In this document: positions 12,401 to 23,488 of the stretch, one piece after another
Numbering within the stretch: position 1 is the stretch's first letter
Layout of the letters: each line of letters begins with the position of its first letter
From: Tubulanus polymorphus
Taxonomy: Eukaryota > Animalia > Nemertea
DNA length: 64,000 nucleotides
NCBI RefSeq assembly: GCF_964204645.1
Contig: NC_134026.1
Span: forward strand, 2,255,950 to 2,319,949
Direction of reading: 5' to 3'
The notes under the pieces: model-generated
Database searches by the model: none
What the model saw: only the letters and a program-made list of their open reading frames with translations
What the model was told of the DNA's origin: nothing
Made by a program: the position numbers and the translations under genes

Positions 12401-15179
12401 TGGTAAGCATAGTTTGATTGTCTTGATGTTGATTTCTGATTATTCAATAAAGCGTTTATTCACACAGATAACATGACGAATGTTTCAGTTACGGGATATC
12501 AACGCACGGTTCTTGAAAGATGCCAATTTAGAGGTGACAGTTGGAGTGAAGTTGTGGCGCGTGCAAGGTTGCCATGAATTTCTTGCATCTCTAGGATTCG
12601 ATTTAGTCGGTGTTGGACACAATGAAGTGACGTTAAGATTAGGCAAACAAGCAAATAGACGACTTCTCCAGTTTGCTCTCACAGCTCTTGTTGCTCTGTT
12701 TGGTAAGTTTAAAAAAGATAATTTCAAATTTACAATTGTTTATGTCAGTACCAAAACCTAGCGCCATAGTGCCCTTCAAGTATATAAGTTATTCAACAGT
12801 TGTCCATAGAAATCCTATGTAATGTCTGGTTATAGTCAGTGGAGGGGGCGTTTGAGTAAGATTTGTTGTTATTGAGAAGGAAGGTGGTATTGTCACACCT
12901 ACAAATTGAGGATTATGTTATAGACCGGTTAACTCATTCATGGTTTAGTCTGATGGACAAAGCATCGTATTTTTACAGACACTCAAGATGCTCCGAGGAT
13001 ATTATTAGAAAGTGCTTCCAGTATGGAAAGTCTTGCCTCTTCACACAGCGGTTCAGCGACGTCGACTTCTAATTTCTCAAATGGCAGTTCCGGAACTCCT
13101 CTATCACCGAACAGTGATAAAAAACGTTCGATATTCAATCCTGCTGAAGTTGAAAAGATGAAATCTGCCAGATCGAGAGCGGAAAATGTAAGTTTATTTA
13201 TTCCTATCAAATCGATTTCAGGATCAAAATGATGTTTTCAAAATGTATTTTATTCCATTCATTTTCTTGAATTAAAGACTTTGCAATCGAGAAAATCTCA
13301 AAAACCGAAATCGTCGATACGCAACGTCTCTTTACACCTGGATCATTTGAGCGAAATAAAGAAGAAATACGGTTCCGATAGCAGCAGTCCGTGCTACGAC
13401 TCGCAGGAAGGTTACAGCGATTCACAGGACGAACAACGACCGCAGGTTCTCGCTATCGAACTACACGAGGACGGAGACGACGAGACGAGTTCGCTGTCGT
13501 CGCACACGCAGCAGGACGACGTAACCGCGACATCGCGACAACGTACTCCAAACCGAACGTACTATCAGAACCAGCAGAACAGTAACAATTACAGCACGTC
13601 GTCGCAGAGTGAAGGCGAGGATATACCGGATAGTAGATCACCGGTGTTACATCGTCAGTCGTATTTCCGTAGTTCGAACGCGTCCGGCAGCAGCACTCTA
13701 ACGCTAAAGAGTACAAGCAGTACGCTGACGGCGAAGAGCGTAAACAGCGCGATGCGACGGTCGCACGGTCGCAGTTCGACCGTATCGAATAAAAGTAACG
13801 ATCGTTTGAATCGCGCCGTCAGCCGCGAGTCGTTGCAGTCGCGTACGTCGTCGACGTTGGGTAAATCGCCGAATAGATCGACGGAATCTTTAGATTTATC
13901 GACGAACGACTCGTCGACGGCAGACGGCGTTTTAATAACCGACGAGGTCGATCCGACGGAAATCGCGAATCGAGTGCTACAGGAAACCGTGCAGGAACGA
14001 TTCGCTTTAGAACACATGCAACGTTTGAGTATACAAAAACAAGCGATCAGCGCGCATAAAATCAGAAGTGGAATAGATTCAGACGTGGTTGATAAAGAAT
14101 CGAACGTTAATCCGGAAAAACACGTTTCTCCGGTTCCGCGTACGTCAATTTCATCGACGGACGCTACTCCAACAGGACCGATTATCATGTACGATTTGAA
14201 CGAACGAGATTCGGAATATTTGACGTCGGAAAACGAAGCGGCGCCGCCCGCGATGAAAACCGTCACGTTCTCGTCGCCGGTGCATCAGACTTCGACTTTC
14301 GTTCATTCTCCGTACGATTCGAGCTGTGACGCCGAAATTCAGAAACATCTCCACGAAGGTTCGGATAGTTCGTCGAGCAGTCGCGCGCCGCAAACTCTGC
14401 CGAAACCGAATCTCAGTATCAGCATAACCGCAAATCGTAAGATCTGTTACAAAAAACACGGCAGCGAAAATGAGAATTCCGATCAAGACAAAGAAAAACC
14501 GGACGCGAAAACGGAAAAACCGGTTTACGCTCAGAGCAGTAAAAACGTCAGTTTAAACGCGTCGATCAGTAGCATTTTTCCAGTCGCGAAACCCAAATCT
14601 CAAGTTCGACCGCCGATAAAAGGAAGTATAGGTCTTCGACCGAATGAAAGCCGTCCGAGCGCGTTCAAATCTCTGAAACCGAAACTGTCGGATAGCGATG
14701 GGAATAGCAGTCCGAAAGATCAGCAAACAAAGCGGGTTTTACCGGAGGGCGGTAGTGACGGAACCGATACGAGAACGGATACATCGACTGATGGCAGTAA
14801 TAAACGCGATAGTTTAAACAGTTCGTTTCAATTACCGTCGAACTACGACTCGGCGAGTTCTTTATCAGACGACCCAACGACATCGAGACGATCATCGAGC
14901 AAACAGAATAAACTCGTTTCTGCCGCGTATTTGAACCGATACGTAAGCCGTGCGCCGGGTTTTAATGTCAACAGACAATCCGATTCGAAGTCCGCCGTGC
15001 AAAGACTTCAAAATGGCCCATTGACAAAAACGTTAGCAGCGGCCGAACAATTCGATGAGGAAATGTCACCGACGGTGACAAATCATCCACCACCAGGTGG
15101 GGTTAGGGTACTTTATGGCGATGGCCATCATAACATTCCAAACGATGATAAGAAAATACTCTATGCATCTAAATGTTGA
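3402..15179 (+). CDS. TTC28: Tetratricopeptide repeat protein 28 (TPR array + CHAT domain + disordered C-terminus), 5'-truncated by window edge
   Basis: Frame-consistent GT-AG exons 3402-3549, 3959-4231, 4999-7308, 7426-7566, 8726-9003, 9256-9502, 9910-10060, 10347-11670, 11991-12222, 12326-12402, 12489-12702, 12979-13187, 13278-15179. Motifs: GTCSLKLKGSVFSALSSAHW, ~20 GRAYxNLG-type TPRs, YKLSLFDLQTASYQALQRVLV, AERGRTRAFVDLL, CHAT (VIHFATH, SLWPV, HPSNWAGW), VGFRFEP..PPAVFFP. Confidence 0.95.
9565..9751. mobile_element. MITE family B (TIR AAG/ACCCAATGC.CAC..CACAGGGAAACA)
   Basis: Inverted termini CAATGCGCACTGCACAGGGAAACACAG / CTGTGTTTCCCTGCGTCGTGGGCATTG; related copy at 45016. Confidence 0.75.
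9829..9875 (+). repeat. Tandem duplication of 23 bp
   Basis: TACTTTGTTATAAGTAATGTCAG occurs twice back to back. Confidence 0.85.
11700..11898. mobile_element. Degenerate fold-back MITE in TTC28 intron
   Basis: CTGTTATTTTATTGATGAAAA..AGAAAAACTAAGAGA pairs with TCTCTGAGTTTTTCT..TTTTCTTCAATTAGATAACAG. Confidence 0.6.
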
Positions 15180-15972
15180 TATATTTATACATGTATTGAA
15201 TTTATTCATTATATCAACATATGAAGAGGTACTTTGTATTGTATTATTCTTAAGTTGCCAAAATGTCTTTTCAAAGAGACTTAAATATGAATAGGAGCAT
15301 CAGAATGTAGTGTATCCTATAAAGGACTTGCAATTACTGACCGTCCAATCTAATGTATATTATTTGACAGTTTACCATACCTATGAATTGCAAATTCTGT
15401 CCAGACAACTTTAGTCGACAACAAAACTTATTATTTCTATTGAAAATATTTATACTATTTTTCTCGTCCAAAGCTGAGTAACAGTTCGTAGCTAACTGTT
15501 TATGAAATCTCGACTTTTACATTTCATTCCAAAATCTTTGCAAACATTTGTCGATGCAAATATCTGTGATACGTTTTCTCAAGTTATAGGTAGATTAGGG
15601 TAAATCTGATAATCATTTCAACACTTTCAGTTTAAAGCTATATTTAATCATATGAAAGGTACATTTTACTCAAGTAATGGCTTTAGCTTATGTAGTAAAT
15701 CATGTCATAATCTCGTGATATCTCCCGAGTGCCGAATCTCTGTTGTTTGAGATATCATGAATACGAAATTTCTGTCCAGTTAGTGTCTGTTGATGTTATT
15801 TATAGATGATGATTCTGTGGATATTTATTATTGTTTTATAAGATACGTAAATGCTTTTTGTACAGTTTGTATATATTGCATTTATTAGAATCTGATATTC
15901 CAGTGTACATGTATATAAATATATATATATATATATATACCGGTATATATATTACATCATTAGAGGGATGAG

Positions 15973-15978
15973 AATAAA
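15973..15978 (+). promoter_or_regulatory. Candidate polyadenylation signal (AATAAA) of TTC28
   Basis: AATAAA ~790 bp after the stop, followed by T/GT-rich sequence. Confidence 0.5.
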
Positions 15979-16911
15979 TTTGTCTATATACAACTTTAAC
16001 TTTACTTTGATGTTGATTAATCAGTATCTTGTAAGACTCTGTGTTTGGTGATTGAAATTATATGACAATAAGTCCTGAATATGGCCATCTTCACTAGGCA
16101 GGGAATAGAACCTGGTGGCATAGTGCAACAGGCCACCGCATGAAACCCTGCCGAATTCATTAGCTAAATGAAATGTGTAGATTGTGTGTTGTATACTCAC
16201 TATGGCAAATTCATGGATAGCTAGAATAAAACGTGATGTCCTATAGCTTATTGACGGCGCCAAGTGGAAAAAGTACTTGAGCACGCTGGCTTGTCAGGTA
16301 GGGTTTAGTGCCATTGCAGTCACCACATGCCTTACAGGGCACTAGGTTTGAACCCATGCCGAGGGACGAGTGGATGTTGTAGCTATCAAGGCTGATGCTA
16401 GGTTTATGAGGTCAAAAATTTCAAAATCCCAATTTCTTTTAATATTTCAGATTTTCATTGACTGCGTCTTGTCCAAACAGTGGAAAACGAATAAATGTAT
16501 GCGTTCATGAACAATAGAACATTCCTTCAGTCAAGAAAACTATGAACGAACAAAGGAAAGAATTTTAAGAAATAATCACTGAAGTTTTATTGCACCCCAA
16601 AATTTCAAAATATATTTATAAATTACACACAAGTGCATACCGATATATACATAAATATACATATATTAACATGTAACCTGAATGATATCCTATTTATATC
16701 CAAGAGGATTTCATCAAAACTTAAAACATCTATAAAATCACTGAGACCGAATTTCGTGCTGCGATTATTCATTTTAAATAATTATCACCCTGTTTTAATC
16801 ACATTCTAAACACTGAATAATTCAACATCATTTAAAAGATCAGAAAAATACTGGATACAACTTCTTTCAACAGGACGAAACGTGCTGCCTTTAATCATAG
16901 TCAACCTAAAA

Positions 16912-18700
16912 TCAACTTTGAAACTGACAAGAGAACAGGTAATCATTTGATCTATCTCCAGCAGCAGAGTTTGTGCTATTATTCAGCGAGTTCTTGCTAG
17001 CGCTATAAAGCAGATTTCGACCAGTTTTATTATAGTTCTGTATTTCAATCGGATTAATCGATAGACCAGTTTCTAAATAATCCTTATACAGTCGCGCTAT
17101 ATATCGATTCTCATCGGATACGCACAGATCATCATTCAAATATTCATCAAACTGCAAAATCAAAAGACATTTCTCAAATTATTTCTCTCAAATTAAATTC
17201 ATGTTAACGGATTGGTCTATATTGATTATGGAATTCTGGACATTCATTTCGACCAGAGAAATCGCTCTAGATATTTCGGAATAGCATAATCTGTAAACCT
17301 GATAGAAGGTTGGTATCTGGAATTGCTAGCTATTCCTAAACCGGAATAGGTTCAATCAAAACCTAAGTTAGAATAGCGCCATTCTCGAACTTACCGGCAT
17401 CCAACGACAATCGGCAATTTCTAATTCACATTTCATGATATCAGACGTTAGCGGTCGCAACAAACAAACGTAATATGTATCAGAACAGCCGTATCTGTAA
17501 TCGTGTTGTTGACGCAGTGATAATAACGATACAAATTCACAATCGATACCGGTTTCTTCTTTAACTTCACGAATGGCCGTCTCTCCTAAATCTTCACCTA
17601 CGTAGAAAATCGTACCTATCACTGCCTGATAGAATTGATATATAGGCTACAGTCCGCCCCCAATAAACTTAAATCTCTGCTTAACACCAGGGCCCAGTTG
17701 CACAGTCGTGACTTAAGTCCAAAAGTGGTCTTAAATCTTACGACTGGCCTTAAGTTGTTAGATCGAGTATAGAACTTAGTTGGTCTTAGACCAGTCTTAA
17801 ATCTAAGCCAACTGGCCCCTGGTTTTTTCTGAGAACTAGTCAAAATTAACCCCCAACATACCGCCATACTCGCAACACCTAAATAACCAATGTGGGCCCG
17901 GTATTTTGGGGTTGACTGTAAGCAATGATTGATACGATAGAGAATCATATAAAGCTGACTTGATACCTGCATTAGCCTGACCCCCGGGTAGATGCCATTT
18001 CGCTTCAGAGATTGAAAACTTTTCTTTTACAACTAGTAATTCGTTCCTATCATTAATAACAAATCCACCAACACCTGAAAATATGAATTGCGAATCATAC
18101 AGCACACTAAAGGAACCAGTGAATATGAATAGCGGTAGCTCATGTACTAACCGTGATATTGGTTTGCGTATTCAGGCAGATGATTATACCCTTCAGGAAG
18201 CCATTGATTCATCATTACATACTCAGGTTTGGCGTGATGAAATACGAATTCGTGCTATACAAAATATCGTGAACCTTTAACAGCAAACAAGATGTGAACA
18301 GGACGGTTAGGGAATATCAGATACAATACGATCTTTACCTTTACGCATACTGGAATGAAGTGGCTTTGCTCGATGAGAATTTTAATCCAAATTCCCTTTT
18401 TACTGTTTGCTTTCCAAGTTTCCAGGGAAGCTATAATAAAGGGTTGTATAGATTATTAAAGAGATTATTAGAAGCAAGAACTAAAGGCTAAATCCTACAT
18501 ACATACATACCAGTCAGTTTTTCCTCAAATTCTTGTACATTCAAGTGTTTGTGATCTTTGGAATTGATAAGGATTCCGTTAAACCTTTAAAGTAAATTCA
18601 GAAATCTTCAATAGTCATAAAGATCAAGTTTCAAACGACTAGGTCCAGATTCATTGTATTTTTATTACCTATCATTCTTGAAAATAAGTGTATCGGTCAT
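16912..18700 (-). CDS. NUDT6: Nudix hydrolase 6 (NUDT6-like)
   Basis: Exons 18700-18669, 18584-18511, 18430-18339, 18254-18152, 18074-17967, 17597-17395, 17151-16912 give MTDTLIFKNDRFNGILI...SLETWKANSKKGIWIKI...FVFHHAKPEYVMMNQWLPEG..LPEYANQYHGVGGFVIND...WHLPGGQANAGEDLGETAIREVKEETGI (intact Nudix box and NUDT6-type N-terminal domain). Confidence 0.9.
17691..17818. mobile_element. MITE related to family A in a NUDT6 intron
   Basis: Termini GGCCCAGTTG...CAACTGGCCC, flanked by AACACCAG / CTGGTTTTT. Confidence 0.7.
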
Positions 18701-19141
18701 CTTTGACTAAAATATTCCACAATCCATTAGGCTATTAATTGTTCGCTAAACCTGCAAAATAGAAATATCAAGGATAGAAAATATTGCATTAATGTTGTAG
18801 GCCACAAGTCAACATAAGACTGTTCAACAATACCAATGTTGGAGGTCAAAGAAAAATTGCAGTGGATTGCTATTTGGACATCCTTCAGAATCTATATTAC
18901 TTTTGCTGTGGGTCCGATATGTCAAAATTCAAGCCCTGCTTATCATAATTCAGTCCTCATTAAAAAAATGTGATCCACAAGTAGAGATTACAAACAATTA
19001 GAATGGATTAAAAGACTTAAGATGAACAGAATCAAAACCTTTCTGTGTATTGATAATGTATTGAGTTCAATAGAAATATATTTAAAATAAATCGATATAA
19101 ATAAAAGTCTAGATCCTCAATCGAGTCCTTCTCTCAGATTA

Positions 19142-19859
19142 TTAATCCAGTCCTTCTCTCTCTTTAAATGCTTTCTTTCTCTCGAGTCGAATGCGAGATT
19201 TCACTTTCTTCTCGGCTTTTTTCCGCGATAAATCCTTCTTCTGCTGCATGACGAAGCTATTTTCACCGTTGAAATGAACGTCCAGTAATTCCTGTAACCG
19301 TTCGCGAGCTCTTTTTCTGTTCGTTATCAAAGACCGCGTTTCGTGGCACTGAAATAAAAAGCCACATCGTTAGTTAGCAGCTCGTTAAAAACTAAGCATC
19401 AAGCGATGACTCGAAGTTCTAAATTAAGTTCATTTCTAAACGCTCATTCCCAAAGAATTCATGTAATCCGATATTTCAGCTAAGGTTACGATGTACCTTC
19501 ACGACTAACCCAGTCGGTATATGTTTCAACACGACACAATTTGCAGTTTTATTCACTGATTGTCCTCCTGGTCCAGTACCGCGAACGTAATCCTCCTCTA
19601 ATTCCGATTCCACTAGATCCGGATACGACGGTTTCTTCTTGTGTAAAGTTAAGCTCGTATTAAAACAACGTACTGTTGTCGATAAACTGTATCCAGATGG
19701 TGCCAATTGTAGAATATTTCTGGGTTCCACATAGCTATTGAGCGGACTGTTTTTCCTGTTTATGAGATGCACGTAATTCCGCATAAATCCCAACGTTGTT
19801 GTTAATACTTTCATCCGGCTGCTGATCAGTTTTAATGATGTTATTATTGTCGTTGCCAT
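19142..19859 (-). CDS. MTRFR: Mitochondrial translation release factor in rescue (C12orf65), GGQ peptidyl-tRNA hydrolase family
   Basis: Exons 19859-19497 and 19348-19142: basic/hydroxylated transit-peptide-like N-terminus, [54 protein letters not shown], Lys/Arg-rich tail. Confidence 0.93.
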
Positions 19860-20282
19860 GGTGACCTGAAAACAATGTGCGCCTTTCATCGTTTTATGAG
19901 AGCAAATTCATTCGATAATTACACAGCTCTTTTCCTGCCTTTGGTACATTTGTCTGACAAGAGTGGAATGGCAGCAAGGGGTGGACAGATCTGTCATTGT
20001 GAATCGTAAATGGATAAAACAAGATGACCGATCCCTGCATGTTACTCCTGTGGGATACTGGGGAGTTGGCCGTGGATACTGGTTTTGTCCTTCAAATATT
20101 AATCCTATGTGACAAGCCCTTCTCTGCTGGACTGTGATCCATCACCTCACCAACGAATCATCAAATGATTGAGCAGCCTCGAGAAATATCAATTAGTACA
20201 TTGTACAGGTTAAGCACGCTTTTAGGCCAACAAACAGTTAGTGAAGTAAAAAGCTAAACAAGTCATTGTGCATACTTAATTA

Positions 20283-20390
20283 TAGTTAGTTACCTAATCG
20301 TTGGTGATAAGCTTTTTATAATCGGATGGGCTTATACTAAAAATATCCGATCGTGAAACTAACTAAACCACAGTCAGCAGGTTACTGACT
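20283..20390 (-). repeat. Inverted repeat copy 1 (in MTRFR first intron)
   Basis: Reverse complement aligns with 22420-22535, including the exact match GTATAAGCCCATCCGATTATAAAAAGCTTA. Confidence 0.85.
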
Positions 20391-20512
20391 TAAATGACTA
20401 ACTTAATAGTAGTAAGTAACTAGACGAGTAGTATTGTATAGGTTAACTATTTATTTGACGCACAAGCTTTTCGCTTCTAGAATAGAAGCTTCGGCAGGTG
20501 AATTAATACTAT

Positions 20513-20911
20513 CGAAGTGGCTACTCGTACGGACTCGTACGAATAATTCCGTAGGCTATTCGTACGCACCCGTCGGATAACTCTGGAATTATGTGTACGG
20601 GAAGGGATAGGGTTAGGGTAAGGTGAGGCTATATCTTGTTAAAACATTCGACCGACTGTCAGCGTGCTCGGTGGTCTAGTGGTGTGATGCTGCGCTAGTA
20701 ATTTACTGGCCCGGGTTCGAGTCTCGCTCTACCCGCTATTTTTCTCTAACTCTATTCTCCACACTTTCCTTGAATTTTCTAAGTCGTGCACCTCTGTACG
20801 CATGCGCGGCGTTAATCGGCCAATCAGCGACAGTTATTAGCGTACAGATCCTAGTCCCGTACGAATAGCCTCCAGAGTAATCCGTACGGGTCCGTACGAG
20901 TAGCCACAGCG
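20513..20911. mobile_element. Non-autonomous TIR element with 9-bp TSD, containing a tRNA-like Pol III unit
   Basis: TAATACTAT at 20504-20512 and 20912-20920; ~50-bp TIRs (CG..GTGGCTACTCGTACGGAC..AGGCTATTCGTACG). Confidence 0.85.
20661..20742 (+). other. Degenerate tRNA-like sequence (A box, B box, AGT anticodon-like loop, T5 terminator)
   Basis: TGGTCTAGTGG (A box), GGTTCGAGTCTC (B box), CT-AGT-AA loop, ends CGCTATTTTT; acceptor and anticodon stems pair poorly, so not called a functional tRNA. Confidence 0.6.
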
Positions 20912-21588
20912 TAATACTATTTATTGTAAGTAAGTAAGGACCTTATGGCTTATTTATTGTATTGTAATTTGTAGTAGTACAGTTAATAGTAAAGATGTCT
21001 TGCCTACTTAAAATCATGTGGCTACATTTAAGACATTTGTTGTACGAAAAGGCACTATCAAATAGATGAGCTTGAGACTATGGCACTATTATCATTATGA
21101 AATATCATTGAAGAGTTTACCTTAACTTTAGGGTAATGTTTTAGAGAATGATGTCTGTTCTGCAGAGTTTCCAGAACCTGTCATGTCAGGTCTGAAGACG
21201 TGACATGATAGGTCTTACCTGTCATGTCAGGTCCTAAAAAACCCAAACTCACAACAATATTTGACGAAACGGCGAAATATCTAGGCATGTGCTAGACGCC
21301 TGGAAGAACATTGTGAGTTGAATGAATATTCTGATCCATCGTAAATATCGAAAATGATTCAACAATAACGATAAGGAAAATGTTCTGACTAATAATTCAT
21401 TTGAAAGGTTGATTTATAAGAAGAAAATATTTATGTGTAAAATGACTTATTTCTGTATTAAAGGGAAAATAAGTTTCAGGCATAGATGAATTAATTAATT
21501 TAGAAATAAGAGAATATTCTCGATAGCTGAATCGAGGTCTTGATATTTCGTTTCCGCCGCAATAAGACACTGAAAATGATCTGCTCAC

Positions 21589-22083
21589 TATCACGGAGCC
21601 GGGTAATAATAGTTTTCAGACTCCGTTGCTTATTCAAAGTTGGACTCCAATTCGTCCGGAATCCGTAAATAAATCATTTTTCTTTTTGATAAAATAAACT
21701 TCAAACGTGAAAATGTATAGTGTATTGTTTCTTCCACTTAGCGGAGTTATTAAATTCTCTAAATTCCGTGTATTCTATTCTCCACGGCCAGAACCAAAAA
21801 TCTACTTTCGGGGTTTAATCAAACAACGACAATTGCGTAGCAAGAGTGACAATTACAGTTGGAAGCTATGATTATAAACCTGCTTTAGGAACAGGCTGCA
21901 AAGTGCGCCCGAAGCATAATATGGGATTCGAACCTACTCTCAATGTATGGCATTAGCTTGTCAAGAGATTCCGTTTACTTCAACCAAATTGCGGCGAACA
22001 GTTTGCGGGAAAAGTTTGAAAATTGCCACGTCTTTATAGAGCAACAATCACGGGCAGAGGAAATAGTCGGATTTTTTTTATAA
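21589..22083. promoter_or_regulatory. Putative bidirectional promoter with non-coding first exons of MTRFR (-) and MPHOSPH9 (+)
   Basis: Both genes have splice acceptors just upstream of their ATG (19865 and 23473); outward-facing donor consensus at 21588 (minus, ATA|GTGAGC) and 22084 (plus, TAA|GTAAGC). Inferred. Confidence 0.5.
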
Positions 22084-22419
22084 GTAAGCAGTTTTGATAT
22101 TTAGATGGTCACGTCACCGTAATTTTTAAAAGTGTATGAGTAATGACTGTCTTGTCAAAAAAGGATGACAAATCATCAAACCAATTACAATGAATTTTAT
22201 TGAGTGGAAATGATTTTCTTATTTCAATGTGTAATTTAATTTAATCTCCCCAAGATTTAATTGTTGTTGCCAAAGCAAATCTCCAAGCGATTGTAGTATC
22301 TTACAAGCCTTTGATAATAAAACATTGTGGAAAGTTGACCTACTAAAAGGCTTACTTACTAAATAGACTCAATTCTATTTCTAATTCTAGCAAGTAGGAT
22401 AGTACTCACACTAGAAGCT

Positions 22420-22535
22420 AGTCAGTAACCTGACTGGTTTAGTTTGACGATCGGATATTTTCACAAACCACAATTGGTATAAGCCCATCCGATTATAAAA
22501 AGCTTACCACCAACCAAGGATTAGGTAACTAACTA
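22420..22535 (+). repeat. Inverted repeat copy 2 (in MPHOSPH9 first intron)
   Basis: AGTCAGTAACCTG...ACGATCGGATATTTT...GTATAAGCCCATCCGATTATAAAAAGCTTA...GATTAGGTAACTAACTA. Confidence 0.85.
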
Positions 22536-23488
22536 GAAGCCTTTAAAGGCTAAGTTGGAGCTAACCCATAAATTGTCTCATATTCTTCAATCTCAGGTTG
22601 CAGTGTTCAATAATGCAATGAAAAAGCTTTGATTAGCTTTTTTGTGAAAATGAAATCATGGACTTGTAAAAGACGCTAATATAAGAGTTTTCATAAATGT
22701 TTGTATTGAATGAAACATAGTTTCAGTAGCGGCCTAGCCTATATGGATCAGTGAAATCAATGTGGCAAGCCTCATCATTTATAAGCAATGAAATCACCAG
22801 CGTTCTGCGGCTTACGAATTATCAAAAGCATACATTAATGCGTCTATATTCCTTTCTATTCATACAGTTTTATGCATATTTGTCACACTTGTAACACTTG
22901 TCTATGCAGGGTAAAAGGTGAACACAATTCCACGCATGGTTGAACACTAGATCTTTAAGTGTATAAACAACTGTTATTTGCCCTACTATCGGGAATGAAT
23001 TAAACGTTCTCTTGTTGTTTACCTATGAATTAACTGTGGATGTTATAATAGCTCTAATGAAACGATGTATTAAGGTAAATCAGGAGGGATCGAATTCTGC
23101 GAGCTATGAACCTGGAATTATCCTTGGCTAACTCGTGGTTATCTCAGTTACCTGAAAATCAGTAAAATCTCGGGAATTTTCAATATGATATTTCCCTGTT
23201 TGGACATATTCGGAGATTTTTCCTCTAATATGAGAAATATTACTTACCGTATTGATAGGAATAATTAATTAGGGAAATGCATCCAAAGGCGTTTTCTTTA
23301 GCATTTATTTTCGGCGTTTTGACTATTCATGAGCAATACACGAAGATGACTGAAAAAACTCATCTATAAAAGGAAACCTTTTGGGATTCTTTCTATAATA
23401 TTGTTACATCACTGACATTATGTTTCATCAAGATAACTAGATATGAATATAACTTGTTTATGTAATTTTCAGGTGAGTTCGTCGAATA

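Noticed and set aside
13453-14895. Several minus-strand ORFs (up to 203 aa) over the last TTC28 exon
   Set aside because: Antisense shadows of a GC-rich coding exon; no recognisable domain.
20661-20742. Functional tRNA-Thr(AGT)
   Set aside because: Acceptor and anticodon stems do not pair properly and it lies inside a TIR element.
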